Source: Candidatus Krumholzibacteriota bacterium
Lineage (GTDB): Bacteria > Krumholzibacteriota > Krumholzibacteriia > JAJRXK01
Length of the DNA: 64,000 nt
Assembly: GCA_963764625.1 (NCBI GenBank)
Contig: CAVXTH010000009.1
Coordinates: 192,001 to 256,000, forward strand
Direction: 5' to 3'
The notes below the pieces were generated by a model. That model saw nothing but the letters and a program-made list of their open reading frames with translations, made no database searches and was not told the origin of the DNA. A program made the position numbers and the translations under genes. Positions 59,923 through 64,000 of the stretch are shown piece by piece. How positions within the stretch are numbered: position 1 is the first letter of the stretch; the number at the start of each line of letters is the position of its first letter.

Positions 59923-60924
59923 CTACCGCGGGCGGAAGTAGCGCAGCGAATCCTCGATCGTCTGTTTGGGATTCAGCAGGAGATCGAGAAACTCGACACA
60001 GAGCGCCCTGAACAGCCTCGGTTTTTCGACCGATAGTCCTTCGGTGGATAGTCCCTTCAGGTGGAAGCGCCAGTAGTCGCGGCCGCGGCCCATGAAGAAG
60101 GAGCGCGCGAGGCGACGATAGTGTCGATCCCGGCGCAGCTCCCATTCCTCGTCATACACTGCCGGCTCGAGGAACTTTTTGCCGTAGCGGTGCAGAACGA
60201 TCAGGCTGTCGAGCTGGCTGTTGTCGTAATGGCGAATCTGGGAGTAGATCGATTCGGGATCGACGCGCAGGTAGCTCAGGACCTGATGGATGAACCCGAA
60301 ATCCCAGTTCATGAGAATCTCGTAACAGGCCTCGGTGTCCTCGTGCAATCGCCCTTCACGGTAGAAGGGTCGAGCCTGCCGCACCACTTCGCCGCGCATC
60401 ATGACGGTGGTGGGAGAACCGAAGAGAAACATCTGGCTCAGCAGGTGGCGTGAGGCGATCTCCTTCCCCGAGAAGACGGTCTCGGTATAGGGAAGTCCCA
60501 TGCCGCACAGCGTCAGACCTTGCAGGTAGTAGGAGGAGATCAAGCCGACGCGAGGATTTGCTTCTCCCAGGGTGACCATTTCGCGCAGGCAGCCGGGGTA
60601 GATCCAGTCGTCAGCCTGGACGATCTTGCAATACGCGCTCGAGGGGTCCAGGTACTCCAGGGCCTTGTTGTAGTTGGGCACCTGACCGCGGAATTCTTGG
60701 CTGCGAATGTAGCGAATCCGGGGATCGCGATCGGCGTACTCGCGCCCGATCGCTTCGGACCCGTCCGTGCTCACGTTGTCGTGCAGGATGTACTCGAAGT
60801 TCGGATAGTCCTGCGCGAGCACGCTTTCGATGCACTCGCGCAGGTGATTCGCCGTGTTGTAGAAGGGAGTGACGACCGAAACCAAAGGCATCTCGGATGG
60901 AGATGTCGGAAATTCCGGACCCAT
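59923..60924 (-). CDS. Glycosyltransferase family 2
   Basis: VSVVTPFYN, SVLAQDY, DNVSTDGS, ADD, HED. Confidence 0.92.
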   Translation of the reverse strand: MGPEFPTSPSEMPLVSVVTPFYNTANHLRECIESVLAQDYPNFEYILHDNVSTDGSEAIGREYADRDPRIRYIRSQEFRGQVPNYNKALEYLDPSSAYCKIVQADDWIYPGCLREMVTLGEANPRVGLISSYYLQGLTLCGMGLPYTETVFSGKEIASRHLLSQMFLFGSPTTVMMRGEVVRQARPFYREGRLHEDTEACYEILMNWDFGFIHQVLSYLRVDPESIYSQIRHYDNSQLDSLIVLHRYGKKFLEPAVYDEEWELRRDRHYRRLARSFFMGRGRDYWRFHLKGLSTEGLSVEKPRLFRALCVEFLDLLLNPKQTIEDSLRYFRPR

Positions 60925-60948
60925 CGATTGCCTCCGGGCGTGTCGACC

Positions 60949-62298
60949 CTACTTCGACTCCATCCGCGCGGTGATGGCTTCGCCGAATCCCGAGCACGAG
61001 AGTTCGGTGACCCCCTCACGTCCTTCGCGAATCATGAGACGCGCCAGATCGTAGGTGACCTTGCCATCCAGGATCGCCGCGGCGATGCCATTGTTGATGA
61101 GCTGCGCCGCTTCCTTCCATCCCAGGTATTCGAGCATCATCACCGCGGACAGGATGATCGAGCCAGGATTGACTTTGTCCATGCCGGTATACTTGGGAGC
61201 CGTGCCGTGCGTCGCCTCGAAGAGAGCGACCTCATCGGACATGTTGGCGCCGGGGCCGAGTCCCAATCCACCGACGAGAGCGATGGCCGCGTCGGAGAGG
61301 AAGTCACCTTCGAGATTGGGGAGAGCCAGTACGCTGTACTCTTCCGGGCGCGTCTGGATCTGCTGGAAGATGGAATCGGCGATGCGGTCCTTCACCAGGA
61401 TCTTGCCCTTGGGCATCTTGCCGTCCAGCTCGTCCCAGAGCTGCTTCTCGGTGATGGTCTTGTCGCCGAACTCCTCCTTGGCCAGCTCGTAGCCCCACTT
61501 GGCGAACGAACCCTCCGTGAACTTCATGATGTTTCCCTTGTGCACGATGGTCATGGAGGGAAGCTCATGAGCCACGGCCCATTGCAGTGCCTTGCGAACC
61601 AAACGCTGAGTTCCAAAGGTCGAGATGGGTTTGATGCCGATACCGCTGTCGGAGCGGATTTCGCGCCCGGTCATGTCCTTGACCAGCTTGATGATGGCCA
61701 GCGCCACGTCTCCGCCCTTCTCGAAATCGTAGCCGGCGTAGACGTCCTCGGTGTTTTCACGAAAGAGGATGAAATCGACTTTGTTGGCGTACTTGTTCGG
61801 CGAGGGCACGCCTTCGAAATACCGGATCGGCCTCACGCATGCGTAGAGGTCGAGATGTTGGCGGAAACGCACGTTGATCGAACGGAATCGTTCGCACACC
61901 CCGTCGGTCTTGTTGCACTTGTCGCAGCTGCCCGGATGATACTGCTGGTGCGCGCAGTGCAGACAGACATGGGTCTCTTCGCCGATCGGCGTGGTGAAGG
62001 GACCTTTGATGGCGACCTTCAGGTAGCGGATGGCCTCCACCGTTTCCTTTGGAAATTCGCTTCCGTAGGTCTGAAGCCCCTCGAGACCGGCGTAGAGCGG
62101 ACACCAGACGATGGAACGATCGCCGTTGTAGGCCTTGTGGACCGCGGCTTCGACCACGGTTTGCATCACCGGGGTGATGTCGAGCCCGATGCCATCGCCC
62201 CGCAAAACGCCGATGATGGGCCGAGAACCCACGATGGGTTTTCCGTCGCGCACCTCGATGCGATCGCCTTCGGGAAGAGTCACTTTCGAGAATTTCAC
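60949..62298 (-). CDS. icd: Isocitrate dehydrogenase (E. coli Icd-type) with Cys-rich insert
   Basis: GDGIG, AIKGPFTTP, RSINV, RENTEDVYAG, VHKGNIMKFTEG, EATHGTAPKY, VTYDLAR; GTG start after AAGGAG. Confidence 0.95.
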   Translation of the reverse strand: MKFSKVTLPEGDRIEVRDGKPIVGSRPIIGVLRGDGIGLDITPVMQTVVEAAVHKAYNGDRSIVWCPLYAGLEGLQTYGSEFPKETVEAIRYLKVAIKGPFTTPIGEETHVCLHCAHQQYHPGSCDKCNKTDGVCERFRSINVRFRQHLDLYACVRPIRYFEGVPSPNKYANKVDFILFRENTEDVYAGYDFEKGGDVALAIIKLVKDMTGREIRSDSGIGIKPISTFGTQRLVRKALQWAVAHELPSMTIVHKGNIMKFTEGSFAKWGYELAKEEFGDKTITEKQLWDELDGKMPKGKILVKDRIADSIFQQIQTRPEEYSVLALPNLEGDFLSDAAIALVGGLGLGPGANMSDEVALFEATHGTAPKYTGMDKVNPGSIILSAVMMLEYLGWKEAAQLINNGIAAAILDGKVTYDLARLMIREGREGVTELSCSGFGEAITARMESK

Positions 62299-62384
62299 TG
62301 TCAGCTCCTTCTGATGCACTTCAGTATCCCGCAGTTTTCCGCAAGAAGATAGGAAATGCCTCCCCGTGCGCCCAGGATGGAATT

Positions 62385-62897
62385 TTACTGCGACTGCGGG
62401 ACGCGCGAGTAGCGCCAGAGGATGCTGCCGGTCCAGAACGCCACGAAGCTCAAATAGGCCCCCAGAATCCAATTGAACTCGCCCGTCAATCGATCGCTTT
62501 GGTCGATCGCTGCCCTCACCAGTTGGTGAAAGTTCAAGAGGAAGAAGATCAGGGTAACGGCACAGAAGGTCAGCAGGTTCTCGGCCAGCTTCAGCCGGGT
62601 CTGTCCCCCCAGCTCGCCGTTGAGCCAGTAGTCACGTCGGGGGAGGTTGATCAGACCGCGGGGAATGACCTGAAGCGCGAACGCCAAGCTGGTGAAGACG
62701 AGGAAGAGGCCCAGAATGACCTCCCAGTAGAGACGGGCGAAGGCCCGAGGGGAGGACCAGGCATCTGCGTTCCCGTGACCATCGAAATGGGTGGGAATCT
62801 TGGTGGGGAGGCTCGGGGCGTAGTGAATCCAGTAGACTGTGGCGAGAGCCAGAAGCAGAAGGGTGAGTTGGAAACTGGAACTCTTGAGGATTCGCAT
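62385..62897 (-). CDS. DUF1648 membrane protein
   Basis: LPxKIPTHFDxxGxADAW, INLPRRDYW. Confidence 0.8.
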   Translation of the reverse strand: MRILKSSSFQLTLLLLALATVYWIHYAPSLPTKIPTHFDGHGNADAWSSPRAFARLYWEVILGLFLVFTSLAFALQVIPRGLINLPRRDYWLNGELGGQTRLKLAENLLTFCAVTLIFFLLNFHQLVRAAIDQSDRLTGEFNWILGAYLSFVAFWTGSILWRYSRVPQSQ

Positions 62898-62925
62898 CTT
62901 CCTCCCCGCCCCTAGCTCGGGCAGC

Positions 62926-64000
62926 TCAGTCGGTCTTCCGTCTCAGCATCAGCAGGGTGATGTCGTCCGAGGCGTGCTGGTTTCGCAAGAACTCGTGGAT
63001 TTCCTGCAATACGAGCTCCTGGATACGCTCCAAAGATTCGTGTCGTGAAGCGACCAGGATTCTCTCCGCGCGCTCGGTTCCATAGAAACTGTCTCCGTCG
63101 GTCGTGGCCTCCGTGACCCCATCCGTGTAGATGACGAGCAGGTCGCCCGGCTGAAGAGAGGTTTTCCCCTGGCCATACTCGGCATCGAAGTCGAATCCCG
63201 CGGGGAGACCGGTGGAGCACAGGCGTTCTACCGAACCGTCGGCTCGGATCACCAGGGCGTCCTCGTGTCCAGCGCTCGCGTACAGGAGTTGTCCGGTATC
63301 CGGTTCGTATTCCCCCACGAAGAGGGTGACGAATCGTTCGACGGGCAATGTCTCGCGCAGATGTTCGTGCATTTCCTCCAGAACGTGCATCGGTTCTCCG
63401 CCCAGACGGGCCAAGATCCGCAGCAGCATGGTGGACGCACCCATGGAGAGAGCGGCTGCCATTCCCTTCCCCGAGACGTCGCCCACCGTGAGGAGAAGGC
63501 GCCCGGAGGGGCGCTCCAGACAGAGATAGAGATCTCCCCCCACTCCCCGGCACATTTCGAGGTGGCCGTAAAGATCGATCCCCGCGATTCTGGGAAGTTC
63601 GCGGGGGAGAAGGCTCTCCTGGACTCGGGCCGCGCGCCGTCGCTCGCGCTGTTCGTCGTCTCGTTGCCGTTTGACTCCCACCGCGCGTGCAATCGCGGTG
63701 AGAACCTGCAGGTCGTCCTCGTCGTAGCGGCGCCGGCTCATCAGGTTGTCGGCGTAGAGAATTCCACGTACGCGATCTCCGTCGAGCAAGGGAGCGACGA
63801 TGGCCGACCTCACTCTCAGATCCTGCACGCTTTGATAGGCTGCGGCGGGAGAGGCGTTCATGGCATCCTCGACCAGAAGGGAGGATTTCGTGCGGCAGAC
63901 TTCCTCGATGAAGTGCTTGCTCAGACGGTACTTTTCCGCGTGATCGGGAGACGAGAACCAGGCACCGCGTCGCAAGAAGGGAGTCCCCATTCCATCATCC
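62926..64000 (-). CDS. GAF + PP2C/SpoIIE phosphatase, RsbU-like (5'-truncated by window edge)
   Basis: GAF SAIVAPL...LYADN; VGGDLY, GDVSGKG, SAGH, YTDGVTE, DDITL. Confidence 0.92.
   Translation of the reverse strand, partial: DDGMGTPFLRRGAWFSSPDHAEKYRLSKHFIEEVCRTKSSLLVEDAMNASPAAAYQSVQDLRVRSAIVAPLLDGDRVRGILYADNLMSRRRYDEDDLQVLTAIARAVGVKRQRDDEQRERRRAARVQESLLPRELPRIAGIDLYGHLEMCRGVGGDLYLCLERPSGRLLLTVGDVSGKGMAAALSMGASTMLLRILARLGGEPMHVLEEMHEHLRETLPVERFVTLFVGEYEPDTGQLLYASAGHEDALVIRADGSVERLCSTGLPAGFDFDAEYGQGKTSLQPGDLLVIYTDGVTEATTDGDSFYGTERAERILVASRHESLERIQELVLQEIHEFLRNQHASDDITLLMLRRKTD

Noticed and set aside
61948-61965. c-type heme motif in the Icd insert
   Set aside because: Sequence is CLHCAH, not CxxCH, and the protein is cytoplasmic
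1-64000. CRISPR arrays, tRNA/rRNA/tmRNA/RNase P, IS or prophage genes
   Set aside because: No spaced direct repeats, RNA-gene consensus motifs or transposase/integrase motifs found by eye; a covariance-model scan would be needed to exclude small RNAs

Overview
GC-rich bacterial chromosomal segment with dense coding. I saw no rRNA, tRNA, CRISPR array, transposase, integrase or phage genes. Contents in order: 3' end of a group-3d (HoxH-type) [NiFe]-hydrogenase operon with protease, His-rich Ni transporter and hypFCDEAB; macrodomain protein; EEP lipoprotein; a secreted Cys-protein/DCC/ATP-grasp operon; proC; Ser/Thr kinase with beta-propeller; two tandem Thr-type sulfatase-like lipoproteins; a divergent Elp3 + Trm9-like methyltransferase pair; hybrid histidine kinase; RRM protein behind a long hairpin-rich leader; ECF sigma/anti-sigma/DUF4097/serine hydrolase operon; acyl-CoA dehydrogenase; a two-molybdoenzyme cluster; UbiA-like and DUF6165 genes; speD-speE; DASS transporter; a Wzm/Wzt glycan cluster with CDP-sugar C-methyltransferase; acs; zincin + ATP-grasp pair; VTT/DedA + TMEM260-like (DUF2723)-TPR + GT2; icd; DUF1648; PP2C phosphatase. 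Top candidates for new biology: (1) the head-to-head Elp3/Trm9-like pair, suggesting a eukaryote/archaea-type mcm5U34 tRNA pathway in a bacterium; (2) an isocitrate dehydrogenase with a CxxC-X9-CxxC insert in the active-site loop just before the Ser113-equivalent. At least five genes are split by single-base indels, most likely assembly errors. All family calls are from motif recognition by eye, with no database searches.
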